A stretch of 64,000 nt of DNA from an uncultured Alphaproteobacteria bacterium (GTDB lineage: Bacteria; Pseudomonadota; Alphaproteobacteria; Methylaequorales; Methylaequoraceae), in contig CACJRF010000001.1 in assembly GCA_902595755.1 (NCBI GenBank), positions 1,447 through 65,446 of the forward strand, written 5' to 3'. The number at the start of each line of letters is the position of its first letter. Positions within the stretch are counted from its first letter, which is position 1. Below the pieces are notes generated by a model. That model was not told where the DNA came from. It saw only the letters and a list, made by a program, of their open reading frames with translations, and made no database searches. Position numbers and translations under genes: made by a program. Below, piece after piece: positions 29,276 to 39,068 of the stretch.

Positions 29276-30607
29276 ATGGAAGAAGTTAATAAATTTTCTA
29301 AAAGATTTAAAAGGTATACTGATTTGGGTACATCAGCAGGAAGCCTTGCTATTAAATTCTTAGGTACCAAAATACTTGGTAAGGAAAAGTCTAAAAATGC
29401 TGAAAACTTAGGATATGTTCTGGGAAACCTTAAAGGTCCTATTATGAAAATTGCTCAGTTAGCATCAACAGTCCCAGATTTACTTCCACCTGAATATTCT
29501 CAAGAATTAACAAAATTACAATCTAACGCTCCACCAATGGGATGGAACTTTGTGAGGAGAAGAATGAACAACGAACTTGGAGTTGGATGGCAAGCAAAAT
29601 TTGATTCATTCGATAAATTGCCTTTTGCTGCAGCATCTCTTGGTCAGGTTCATAGGGCCAATCTAGACGGAAAAAATGTAGTTTGTAAACTTCAGTATTC
29701 AGATATGTTATCGATAGTTGAAGCAGATATAAATCAACTGAAGCTAATTTTCTCAGTTTATAAAAAGTTTGATAGTACCATTAATACCTCAGAAATAGAA
29801 AAAGAAATTATATCAAGAGTTAGAGAGGAACTTGATTATAATTTAGAACAAAAACACATGTTAATATTTAACGAGATATTTAAAAATAATGACGCTGTAA
29901 ATGTTCCAAAAGTAATCAAAAAAATTTCGACAAAGAGATTATTAACCATGAACTTTCTAGATGGAGATAAATTATTAAATTTTACTAAACACAAAGTATC
30001 GCATAGAAAAAAATTAGCTATAAACATGTTTAAAGCTTGGTATCTACCTTTTTATAAGTATGGTATTATTCATGGTGACCCGCATTTGGGAAATTACTCT
30101 GCAGATAAAAATTTAAATATAAACTTACTTGATTTTGGGTGTATTAGATTTTTTAAACCCTCTTTTGTTCAGGGTGTTATTGATTTGTATAATTCAATTA
30201 AAGATAATAATGAGGATTTAGCTGTAAAAGCATATAAAAGTTGGGGGTTTGAAAATATTTCTAAAAATTTGATAGAAATATTAAATATCTGGGCAAAATT
30301 TTTGTATTCACCACTCTTAAAAGATAAATCTGTAAAGATGCAAGAAACAAACTCCTCTGTCTATGGAGCAGAGGCTGCATCAAAGGTACATAAAGAGCTA
30401 AAAAAAATTGGAGGAGTTAAGCCTCCGAGAGAGTTTGTTTTTATGGATAGAGCTGCAATTGGTATGGGTTCAGTTTTTTTACATTTAGATGCAGAAGTTA
30501 ACTGGTATAGAGAATTTCATAGTCTGATTGGTGGATTCTCTCAAAAAGAGATGATGGTTAAACAAAAAAACTTATTTAGAATAGCTAAAATGAAAGAAAA
30601 TCTTTAG
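29276..30607 (+). CDS. ABC1/UbiB-family atypical kinase
   Basis: ABC1 motifs AAASLGQVHRA and HGDPHLGN. Confidence 0.8.
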   Translation: MEEVNKFSKRFKRYTDLGTSAGSLAIKFLGTKILGKEKSKNAENLGYVLGNLKGPIMKIAQLASTVPDLLPPEYSQELTKLQSNAPPMGWNFVRRRMNNELGVGWQAKFDSFDKLPFAAASLGQVHRANLDGKNVVCKLQYSDMLSIVEADINQLKLIFSVYKKFDSTINTSEIEKEIISRVREELDYNLEQKHMLIFNEIFKNNDAVNVPKVIKKISTKRLLTMNFLDGDKLLNFTKHKVSHRKKLAINMFKAWYLPFYKYGIIHGDPHLGNYSADKNLNINLLDFGCIRFFKPSFVQGVIDLYNSIKDNNEDLAVKAYKSWGFENISKNLIEILNIWAKFLYSPLLKDKSVKMQETNSSVYGAEAASKVHKELKKIGGVKPPREFVFMDRAAIGMGSVFLHLDAEVNWYREFHSLIGGFSQKEMMVKQKNLFRIAKMKENL

Positions 30608-31163
30608 CTTTTTTAGAGAATTTTTCTGCATAATTCAATAGCCGATCAAGTTCTGACATAGTTTTTGAAAGCTCTTTTGAATCGTCATTTAACCAAACCT
30701 TAAAACAATATGAATAGATTAGAAAAAGAGATTTCTTTTTTATTACATCGAAAATAGTGTCATCATATGCATTCGAAAATTCTAGATAAAAATCCATGCT
30801 TACTAAAATATTTTGTGATATTTCTTTTAAAATAATTGGACTTTTAATTTCATTAATAATTTTTTTTAATCCACCTTTAAAAGGAGTCATTGCATCAAAC
30901 CTCATCATTATAAGCTCAAAAATATTATCCTTTACATCGGAATTTTCAAATTCCTCTATATTAATATTTAACTCGACTTTTTCATCTATCATCTTAGAAA
31001 ACTCAATTAATAAATCATTTTTGTTACTAATGAAATTTTTTACTTCTGAAGTTTTATAATTATTTTCCTCTGCAAATCTCTCTATTGAGAATTCTTTCCA
31101 GCCAATTTTATCTATAAACAAAAATGACTCTTCGATTATTTTAAATTTTGATAATTTATTCAT
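30585..31163 (-). CDS. TetR-fold COQ9-like protein
   Basis: N-terminal helix-turn-helix-like region ([27 protein letters not shown]). Sits next to the ABC1 kinase and ispB. Assignment to the COQ9 family is inference. Confidence 0.45.
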   Translation of the reverse strand: MNKLSKFKIIEESFLFIDKIGWKEFSIERFAEENNYKTSEVKNFISNKNDLLIEFSKMIDEKVELNINIEEFENSDVKDNIFELIMMRFDAMTPFKGGLKKIINEIKSPIILKEISQNILVSMDFYLEFSNAYDDTIFDVIKKKSLFLIYSYCFKVWLNDDSKELSKTMSELDRLLNYAEKFSKKAKDFLSF

Positions 31164-31235
31164 ATTATGAGGTTGAAATTACTATATATATATATAATCT
31201 TATTAATTAATAATATAATAGTGGAGTTTTTAGAT

Positions 31236-31631
31236 ATGTATAAGAAATTTTTAATGTTATCATTAGTTTTCATTCTTAGTTTGAGTAGTAATGCTGTTTT
31301 TGCAGGCGATGTAGAAAAAGGGAAGAAAATATTTAAGAAGTGTGCTGCTTGCCATAATGTTGCAGAAGGAGCAAAGCATAAAACTGGTCCTAATTTGTGG
31401 AAAATTCATGGTGCAAAAGCAGGAATACAGGATGGTTATAAATATTCTAAATGGTTAAAAGGATCAGGGATAGTTTGGAATGATGAAGAGCTAGCTGCTT
31501 GGGTATCAGCTAAAAAAGTTAAAGTTGCCAAGTTTGGTAAAGATGTGAAGAAAAGTAAAATGATTTTCGCAGGTTTGAGAAAGCAAGGACAGATAGACGA
31601 TATGATAGCCTATCTTAAATCTCTAAAATAG
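31236..31631 (+). CDS. class I c-type cytochrome (c2-like)
   Basis: Signal peptide, haem motif CAACH, distal Met in KMIFAGL. GTGGAG SD before ATG 31236; the track start 31167 is an extension. Confidence 0.85.
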   Translation: MYKKFLMLSLVFILSLSSNAVFAGDVEKGKKIFKKCAACHNVAEGAKHKTGPNLWKIHGAKAGIQDGYKYSKWLKGSGIVWNDEELAAWVSAKKVKVAKFGKDVKKSKMIFAGLRKQGQIDDMIAYLKSLK

Positions 31632-31638
31632 CTTTTTA

Positions 31639-32151
31639 ATGGAGCTTAAAGAGATCGAGGCTTTTATTAATAAAATACCTGACCACCCAAAACCAGGTAT
31701 TTTGTTTTATGACATCTCAACGTTGATTTTAGATAACGAAGCTTTTGGTGAATCTTTAAGCTTAATGTGTGATAATGTTTCTAAGTTGGAAATTGACTTA
31801 GTAGCTGGAATAGATGCAAGGGGATTTATTTTTGCATCAGGAATAGCTTCCAAACTAAATAAAGGTCTTGTTATGTTGCGAAAAAAAGGCAAGCTTCCAG
31901 GAAGAACTCTTTCTCAAGAATATAATCTTGAATATGGAAAAGATACAATTGAAATAAATGTAAATATTAAAAATAAGAGAGTTTTATTAGTTGATGATTT
32001 GTTAGCAACAGGTGGAACAGCTCATGCAGCTATTAAGCTTTTAAAAAAATCAGGTGCTAAAGTAAAAAGTTTTTTATGCCTTATAGAACTTTCTTTTTTG
32101 AATGGAAAGCAAGCATTAGATGTCCCTTTTAAATCTTTAATTAGGTATTAA
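31639..32151 (+). CDS. apt: adenine phosphoribosyltransferase
   Basis: PRPP-binding VLLVDDLLATGGT motif, 170 aa. Confidence 0.92.
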   Translation: MELKEIEAFINKIPDHPKPGILFYDISTLILDNEAFGESLSLMCDNVSKLEIDLVAGIDARGFIFASGIASKLNKGLVMLRKKGKLPGRTLSQEYNLEYGKDTIEINVNIKNKRVLLVDDLLATGGTAHAAIKLLKKSGAKVKSFLCLIELSFLNGKQALDVPFKSLIRY

Positions 32152-32155
32152 ATAG

Positions 32156-32866
32156 ATGACAAGATCACATAAACTTTTCTTAAATTGGCTATTACAATCA
32201 AGCCTTATATTTTTTTTGATTTATTTTTTAAGTGATCAAGGGATAATTTTTAAGATTGTATCTTCCGATAAAAGTTATATTACAACTCTAATAATGCTCG
32301 TTTATATTATCGTAACAATACATTGTGTTTATCATACTTTTCTCATTTCAACAGAATTAAATAAAGCACATATAATAAAAAAAAGTTTAATAAAAGAAAA
32401 TGTTAAATTAAGAATAATAGATAGTAATCTAATTCTTACATCAAAAGGAGAAATTTCTGATGGTATTGTTTCTAACTACTTTAAGGATCTTATTGGCTTA
32501 AAAAAGAATGGTGCAACAAGTCATGTGCAAATATTAGATAGTTATAAAAAAAAAACTGTAACCTTTTACGAATTTGGATGGTTTTGTTCAGATGTAATGC
32601 TTAAATTAGGACTCATTGGAACAGTAATAGGTTTTATAATTATGTTAAGTTCTTTGTCAGATATTACAACATTCGACGTTACTTTACTACAAGGTGTACT
32701 TACAACAATGGGAAGTGGAATGGGTGTAGCCTTATATACAACACTTTCAGCTCTTGTGGGCGGGGTTTTAATCGCAGTCCAATATTATAATTTAGAGAGT
32801 GGCTGCGAAGAGCTGTTTTCAGTGTTAAATCAAATTTCTGAAATTAGTATAGATAATAGCTTATAA
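32156..32866 (+). CDS. MotA/TolQ/ExbB-family proton-channel subunit
   Basis: C-terminal GLIGTVIGFIIML...GVALYTTLSALVGGVLIAVQYYNL matches the MotA_ExbB channel pattern. N-terminal TM pair plus a roughly 80-aa cytoplasmic loop. Confidence 0.7.
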   Translation: MTRSHKLFLNWLLQSSLIFFLIYFLSDQGIIFKIVSSDKSYITTLIMLVYIIVTIHCVYHTFLISTELNKAHIIKKSLIKENVKLRIIDSNLILTSKGEISDGIVSNYFKDLIGLKKNGATSHVQILDSYKKKTVTFYEFGWFCSDVMLKLGLIGTVIGFIIMLSSLSDITTFDVTLLQGVLTTMGSGMGVALYTTLSALVGGVLIAVQYYNLESGCEELFSVLNQISEISIDNSL

Positions 32867-33462
32867 TGTCATACTCAGGAAGAAGATTAAGGGCAGACCC
32901 CTTTACAGACCTTTTATTCAACGTCTTATTATCTTTTACTCTTTTAATGTTCTTAGCTATAATCTTTATGAATCCAATACCAAAAACAGGAGTAATAAAC
33001 CCCAAAGCAGAGTATATAATAACTGTTAGCTGGAAAGACAATAATCCAGATGATGTGGATACTTATGTTCAAAGTCCAACAGGAGATCTAGTATGGTTTA
33101 GAGGTAAAGAGGCGGGTTTTGTTCACTTGGATAGAGATGACAGAGGTTTATTGAATGATACTATTGAGGTAAATGGTGAAAAAGTTCAAAATCCTTTAAA
33201 CCAGGAAGTTGTTACTATTCGAGCTGTTGTACCAGGTGAATATATTGTGAATGTACATTATTATGCAACTAAGACTAATAATCCTATTGATGTTAATGTA
33301 AAGGTTGAAAAAGTTAATCCCCAATTAGAAGTAATTTATTATGGTACAATAAATTTAGAAAAAAAAGGTATAGAAAAGACAGCAACAAGATTTAATATAA
33401 CTCAAGGTGGAAGTGTTAGTGTCTCTGGCAATTTATATAAAAAACTTGTTCCAGATAACTAA
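32866..33462 (+). CDS. ExbD/TolR-like membrane anchor fused to an unrecognised beta-rich periplasmic domain
   Basis: TAATG overlap with the channel gene. N-terminus RADPFTDLLFNVLLSFTLLMFLAIIFM resembles the ExbD/TolR TM (conserved Asp, IIFM). The remainder has no OmpA/PG-binding or ExbD-like motif I recognise. Confidence 0.55.
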   Translation: MSYSGRRLRADPFTDLLFNVLLSFTLLMFLAIIFMNPIPKTGVINPKAEYIITVSWKDNNPDDVDTYVQSPTGDLVWFRGKEAGFVHLDRDDRGLLNDTIEVNGEKVQNPLNQEVVTIRAVVPGEYIVNVHYYATKTNNPIDVNVKVEKVNPQLEVIYYGTINLEKKGIEKTATRFNITQGGSVSVSGNLYKKLVPDN

Positions 33463-33476
33463 AGAAAGGAAAAATA

Positions 33477-33998
33477 ATGAGCTCAGAAATAATTTTAATA
33501 ATAACTGGATATATTCTTATAGGTTTCTTACTAACCTTATTTAATTTAAGAACAAATTTTCATTGGATTCTTAAATCCTCTATGATTGTTTTGACAGCAT
33601 TTTTTTATATCTTCACATATAACTCTTTCAAGGATCTCTTAGGTTGGCCATCTAGTGAAAAACTACCAGAAAGATTTAGGTTAATTTCTGCTCAGATATA
33701 TGAACCAAATGCAATACTAAATTCAGAAGGAGAAATATTCTTGTGGATTACGAATATGGATAATCTTGCTGGTCTAGGAGAACCGCGATCGCATATCATT
33801 CCATATAGTAAAGAAGTTCATGAAAAGATCTCTAAGGCACTGGTAAATCTAAAAAATGGAATACCACAAATGGGCGAACATTCAGATGAGAATAAGGAGA
33901 GTATAATTTCTTCTATAACAAAGAAGGAAAAAGTTATAGATGCAAGTACAAAATTAAATTTTTTTGATATGCCAAATCAACTTCTCCCTGAGAAATGA
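33477..33998 (+). CDS. two-TM hypothetical membrane protein
   Basis: Two N-terminal hydrophobic helices, then a soluble tail. Same tightly packed gene string. Confidence 0.5.
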   Translation: MSSEIILIITGYILIGFLLTLFNLRTNFHWILKSSMIVLTAFFYIFTYNSFKDLLGWPSSEKLPERFRLISAQIYEPNAILNSEGEIFLWITNMDNLAGLGEPRSHIIPYSKEVHEKISKALVNLKNGIPQMGEHSDENKESIISSITKKEKVIDASTKLNFFDMPNQLLPEK

Positions 33999-34681
33999 CT
34001 AAATATTTATTTATATTATTTATCTTTTTTATTAGTAGTTGCAAAGACTTAAGTAACTCATATTTCCCTCTTGATGAAAAAAAAAAATGGTCCTATGAAG
34101 TTACAATTAAACCTGAAATTGATAAACCGATAGTTTATAAAAAAATAAATTATTCAATTGGTAAAACAAAAATTGAAAATGAAGTATATTTTCCATTTTT
34201 AAGAGAAAATGGTTCGATTTATTATTACAAAAAAAATAAGGATGGAATCTTTAGAAATGGACTAAGCTTCGAGAAGGATAACAAAATTAACTTCCATAAA
34301 AAACAAAGGCTTGTTTTACCTAACCCAATAAATGTAGGAGATAAGTGGGAAGTAGATAGTAAAACTTATCTCATACTAAAAAGATATCCATACTATGATT
34401 ACAGGGCAACAACCAAATTTAAAATAAATTATGAAGTTATATCCAAAAAAGAGTTTATAAGAACTCCCTTGGGAAAATTTAATAATTGTATTTACCTTAA
34501 AGGTACGGGTAAAACAAAATTTATTGGTGATAGTGAAATAGGTGCCATTGAAATAAATATTTCATCTGAAGAATGGTATGCTAAAGGTATAGGTCTAATT
34601 AAAAGTAAAAGAATAGAAGAAACAAATTCAGATCTTTTTGGAAAAACGGTAATGGTACAAACCTTAGAAAGTTTTGAATAA
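33995..34681 (+). CDS. lipoprotein of unknown function (paralog of 7469..8176)
   Basis: Lipobox FISSC, ATGA overlap with the upstream gene, collinear similarity to the 7469..8176 product. Confidence 0.6.
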   Translation: MTKYLFILFIFFISSCKDLSNSYFPLDEKKKWSYEVTIKPEIDKPIVYKKINYSIGKTKIENEVYFPFLRENGSIYYYKKNKDGIFRNGLSFEKDNKINFHKKQRLVLPNPINVGDKWEVDSKTYLILKRYPYYDYRATTKFKINYEVISKKEFIRTPLGKFNNCIYLKGTGKTKFIGDSEIGAIEINISSEEWYAKGIGLIKSKRIEETNSDLFGKTVMVQTLESFE

Positions 34682-34684
34682 TTT

Positions 34685-35704
34685 ATGAGTATTAATAATA
34701 TTAACACAATACTATTAACAGCAGTTCTCTTATCAATTTTATTATATTACGGTAAGTTTATACTTTTGCCTTTAACGCTTGCATTATTCATATTTGTAAT
34801 TATCAAATCACTCTCAAAAAAACTCATAGATTCGACACTTAAATTATTTAAGATAAAAATCAATGATTTAGTGTCTTTTTTCTCTATTTTTTCTATTTTC
34901 ATCATAATTATTTATACATTTCTTAAAATTCTAAATTCCAATCTAAGGAATGTTACAGATAATTCTAGTTATTACCAAAATAATCTAAAAAACTTAATCA
35001 ATATATTTTCTGATTACAAAATTGAAAAGTTCATAGAATTAAACAATGTATTTAATGAAGTAAATTTTTTAGAAATATTCTCAAGAGTTATAAATTATTT
35101 TACTGAATTAACAGGAAACTTCTCCTTGATTTTGATTTATATTATTTTTTTTATGATTGAGGAAAAACTTTTAGCTGAAAAAATTAAATTTTTCTTTAAT
35201 AAGTTAACAACAAAAAACGTTCTAAAAAAAATTAATAACGATATTTTTAAATACTTTCAAATTAAAACCTTTACCAGTTTTCTTACAGGAATATTTACTT
35301 TTTTAGTCTTATATGTTTTTAACAGTGATCTTGCACCGACATTTGGTATTTTTGCATTCTTTCTTAATTTTATACCCTTCATTGGTTCTTTAATTTCGAT
35401 TATAATTCCAACTATTTTTTCACTGATTCAATTTTTTAGTTTTTTTGAATCAATTTTAATTTTAATAACATTAACATTCTCTCAAATTCTAATTGGTAAC
35501 TTCCTAGAAACAAAGATGATGGGAAAAACGTTAAATCTTAGTCCAATTGTAATGATTATATTTTTATCAATTATGGGTAAAGTTTGGGGCGTTGCCGGTA
35601 TGTTTTTAAGTGTACCTATATTAGTTTTTTTATTAATTATATTTAGCAACTTAAATTCAACAAAAAATCTCGCTATTTTAATTTCTGAAAAAATCAGATC
35701 TTAA
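34685..35704 (+). CDS. AI-2E (PerM/YhhT) family transporter
   Basis: 339 aa polytopic protein. C-terminal LSPIVMIIFLSIMGKVWGVAGMFLSVPI is typical of the family. Confidence 0.8.
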   Translation: MSINNINTILLTAVLLSILLYYGKFILLPLTLALFIFVIIKSLSKKLIDSTLKLFKIKINDLVSFFSIFSIFIIIIYTFLKILNSNLRNVTDNSSYYQNNLKNLINIFSDYKIEKFIELNNVFNEVNFLEIFSRVINYFTELTGNFSLILIYIIFFMIEEKLLAEKIKFFFNKLTTKNVLKKINNDIFKYFQIKTFTSFLTGIFTFLVLYVFNSDLAPTFGIFAFFLNFIPFIGSLISIIIPTIFSLIQFFSFFESILILITLTFSQILIGNFLETKMMGKTLNLSPIVMIIFLSIMGKVWGVAGMFLSVPILVFLLIIFSNLNSTKNLAILISEKIRS

Positions 35705-36792
35705 TTCCTCATTGATCTGTCTATAGAAAGTATAATTCCAAATCCAATAAAATAAGAAATCATTGATGACCCACCATAAGAAACTAAAGGCAAAGGTAAA
35801 CCAACAACAGGCAAAATACCAATCACCATAGACATATTAATCATTGAGACAAAGAAGTAGTTTGATATTATTCCATATCCAACCATTTTATTAAAATTAT
35901 CTGAAAAAGATTTACTTGCGATTGAATAAGTAAGATAGGTGATTAAACAAATTAGTCCAATTACAGAAATTGTACCTAGGAAACCAAATTCCTCCCCTAA
36001 CATTGAAAAAATAAAATCTGTATGCTTTTCAGGAAGAAAATCTAAATGTGACTGAGATCCCTTGGTCCAACCTTTTCCAAATATTCCTCCAGATCCAACT
36101 GCAATCTGAGATTGTATAATATGGTAACCAGATCCTAAAGGGTCACTCTCCGGATCAAATAATGTAAGAATTCTTTTTTGTTGATATTCCTTGAGACTTC
36201 CCCAAATATACGGAGCAGAAAATATGAAAAAAAGTGAAAGAACACCAAAAAATTTCCAGCTTATTCCAGATATAAAAAAAATTATTAAACCAAGTAGCAA
36301 AACTACCATTGCGGTCCCTAAGTCAGGCTGAACAAGTATTAAAAAGAATGGTGAAAGAATCAAAAAAATAGGTAAAATTAAAAAAATATAATCTCCTGCA
36401 CTCTGAAGTTTTTTTTCATCAAAAAACTTTGCTAATGTAATAATTACTAGAATCTTTATTAATTCAGAGGGTTGAAAAACAAATCCACCTAGATTCAACC
36501 ATCTTCTAGATCCCTTACCTACTATTCCATAAAACGTAGCAAGAATAAGTAAAATAATTCCAATTAGATAAAAAAGATAAGCATGTTTTTTTATAAAATT
36601 TAAATCAGTCAAACTTACAGCTATCATTATTAACAGGCCTAAACATATTTTACTAAAATGTGAAATAAATACTCTGTCATCATCACCATATGTTGCGCTA
36701 TATATCATAACTAGACCAACAAACGAAAGGAAAGATATTAAAAAAACTAATAACCAGTTTAATTTCTTAAATTGTATTAATATTTCAGACAT
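35701..36792 (-). CDS. rodA: peptidoglycan glycosyltransferase RodA (SEDS family)
   Basis: FtsW/RodA/SpoVE motifs (QPSELIK, DFIFSMLGEEFG, PLPLVSYGGSS). Downstream of mrdA. Confidence 0.9.
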   Translation of the reverse strand: MSEILIQFKKLNWLLVFLISFLSFVGLVMIYSATYGDDDRVFISHFSKICLGLLIMIAVSLTDLNFIKKHAYLFYLIGIILLILATFYGIVGKGSRRWLNLGGFVFQPSELIKILVIITLAKFFDEKKLQSAGDYIFLILPIFLILSPFFLILVQPDLGTAMVVLLLGLIIFFISGISWKFFGVLSLFFIFSAPYIWGSLKEYQQKRILTLFDPESDPLGSGYHIIQSQIAVGSGGIFGKGWTKGSQSHLDFLPEKHTDFIFSMLGEEFGFLGTISVIGLICLITYLTYSIASKSFSDNFNKMVGYGIISNYFFVSMINMSMVIGILPVVGLPLPLVSYGGSSMISYFIGFGIILSIDRSMRN

Positions 36793-38569
36793 AGTTTAGA
36801 TAATTTTTTAAAGAAAATTCTAGAATTCTTTTAGCAATTGGTGCCGCAACTTTGGAACCACTCCCCATATGTTCTGCAATTATAGTTACAGCAAATTTAG
36901 GATTATTATATGGAGCATAAGCTGTAAAAACTGAATGATCCCTTAACTTATAATCTATTTCATCGTTTTTAAGAACGCCTGACTCTCTTTCTTCCATGGA
37001 TATCTTGCGAACCTGTGATGTTCCAGTTTTTCCTGCCATCTTATAATTAGATGATAATCTCGACTTAAATGCAGTTCCATCAAAATCATTTACAACACTA
37101 TACATAGATTTTCTAATATAATTTAGAGCCTTATCTGATAGATTCATTCTTTGGAACTCTTTATTCTTTACCTTTAATATAGAAGGAAAGATTTTTCTTC
37201 CAGTTGCTATTCTTGCTGTCATCAGGGTTATTTGGAGTGGAGTGGACAAAACATATCCTTGTCCAATCACAGTATTTAATGTTTCTCCCCGATGCCACCT
37301 CTCTTTTCTATTTAACTTTTTCCAACTTCTATTTGGCATGATTCCACCAAGTTCATTTGGAATATCAATATTTGACTTAATTCCGTATGAAAATTGTTTA
37401 GAAAATAATGATAAATCATCAATATCTATTGATTTTGCAAGATTATAAAAATAACAATCACATGATTTTTGAATTGCCCCTAAAAGGTTTACTTTCCCAT
37501 GACCCTCTTTCTTCCAACAGTGGAATCTTCTATTACCAAATTGTAAAGAACCAGTACAATTAATTTCTTTATGTATATTCAATTTCATTTTCTCAATTGC
37601 GAATAAAGCTGTTATTAATTTGTATGTTGATCCTGGTGAATATAACCCTGCAATAGATCTATTTAATAGTGGATTGAACTCATGATTTAAAAGTTGATTC
37701 CATTTCTGATTACTCACTCCGTTACTAAATTCGTTATTATTGAATGATGGTGATGATGCTAAACAGTTTACCCCCCCAGTTTGACAATCAAGTATAACAG
37801 CAGCACCATTAACTTTTTTCAACTCTTCCATTGCTTTAGACTGAATATCTAATATCAAATTAGTTTTTATATTCTTACCTGGTATTGGATTCTTTCTTAC
37901 TATTTCTTTTTTTATTATTCCTCTAGAGTTAGCCTCTAATTTAACCCAGCCATCAGTTCCAACTAACTGATCATCAAGATTCTTTTCCACACCTGATATC
38001 CCAATTTTAAGGTTGGCCAGTTTTTTATTTTTATTAATTTTTTTGTACCCTACATAACCAAGAACATGCGAAAAATTTTCATCATGGTTATAATGCCTTA
38101 CCTTTTCTTTTGTTATTAATAAGTAAGGAAATTGATTTGACATCAACTCAAACAACTCCAACTCATCCATAGTTAAGTTTTTTTTAATTGTAATAAAGTC
38201 AGATAAATTTTCATCCCTTAAATTTAATTTAACCTGATCTAAATCAAATTTTGAAAATTTGATAATACTTTCTAATTTTTGAATTGTTTGACCAATAAAC
38301 TTCTTTTTTTCTTTAAGAATATTTAGTTGATAATCTATTTGGTTTGACGCAATGGGTTTATCATACAGATCTAAAATAGTTCCTCTTTCTGGATATAATA
38401 TTTTAATTTTAGTTTTATTAGATTCAGATAATTTACCGTATTTTGATTTTTGTAAAATTTGTAAGTAATATAATTTACTTATTACTATACCTGTTATTAG
38501 AGATTTTGACATACCAAGAATGAAGGCTCTTCTTCTTAATGTTTTAGATTTTTTAACTGCCTTATTCAT
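36785..38569 (-). CDS. mrdA: penicillin-binding protein 2 (elongasome transpeptidase)
   Basis: SxxK (STYK) and KTGT motifs. Position between mreD and rodA. Confidence 0.9.
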   Translation of the reverse strand: MNKAVKKSKTLRRRAFILGMSKSLITGIVISKLYYLQILQKSKYGKLSESNKTKIKILYPERGTILDLYDKPIASNQIDYQLNILKEKKKFIGQTIQKLESIIKFSKFDLDQVKLNLRDENLSDFITIKKNLTMDELELFELMSNQFPYLLITKEKVRHYNHDENFSHVLGYVGYKKINKNKKLANLKIGISGVEKNLDDQLVGTDGWVKLEANSRGIIKKEIVRKNPIPGKNIKTNLILDIQSKAMEELKKVNGAAVILDCQTGGVNCLASSPSFNNNEFSNGVSNQKWNQLLNHEFNPLLNRSIAGLYSPGSTYKLITALFAIEKMKLNIHKEINCTGSLQFGNRRFHCWKKEGHGKVNLLGAIQKSCDCYFYNLAKSIDIDDLSLFSKQFSYGIKSNIDIPNELGGIMPNRSWKKLNRKERWHRGETLNTVIGQGYVLSTPLQITLMTARIATGRKIFPSILKVKNKEFQRMNLSDKALNYIRKSMYSVVNDFDGTAFKSRLSSNYKMAGKTGTSQVRKISMEERESGVLKNDEIDYKLRDHSVFTAYAPYNNPKFAVTIIAEHMGSGSKVAAPIAKRILEFSLKNYLNYV

Positions 38570-39059
38570 TAATATAACCTAATCTATTATTAAATTTTTT
38601 TACAATTGAATTGAATAGTGGAAATAATATTATACTTAAAAAAAAACTTAAAACTATTCTCTTAAATTCAAAGTAATTATCAAAAAAAACAAATTGTATA
38701 AATTTGTTTACAGAAATATAGGCTAATAATATTAATATAAAGTTTGTCCATATTATCTTAAAGTCAATTGATACAATAGTTCTGTGTTTTCTTTTCAAGA
38801 AATGTAAAGTTATTAAAAAAAATAGACTTGTTATTCCTATAACTTCACCATCCAAGAAATCATAAAAAAGTCCAACTAGCAATATCCATAAAGGTCTAAA
38901 TCTTTCTGAATCATTGTTTATTAATGCATAAAGAAACATAAAAGTGAAATATGGTTTTATAATTTCTTTATCTGAAAAATATCCAGGTGCAAACTCAAAG
39001 AAGATGAACAAAATTAATAAAAAGTATGGAATGATCCTTAAAAAAAAACTTAAAACCAT
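38562..39059 (-). CDS. mreD: rod shape-determining protein MreD
   Basis: 165-aa polytopic protein directly after mreC. Call rests mainly on position and topology. Confidence 0.65.
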   Translation of the reverse strand: MVLSFFLRIIPYFLLILFIFFEFAPGYFSDKEIIKPYFTFMFLYALINNDSERFRPLWILLVGLFYDFLDGEVIGITSLFFLITLHFLKRKHRTIVSIDFKIIWTNFILILLAYISVNKFIQFVFFDNYFEFKRIVLSFFLSIILFPLFNSIVKKFNNRLGYINE

Positions 39060-39068
39060 TTTTATATT

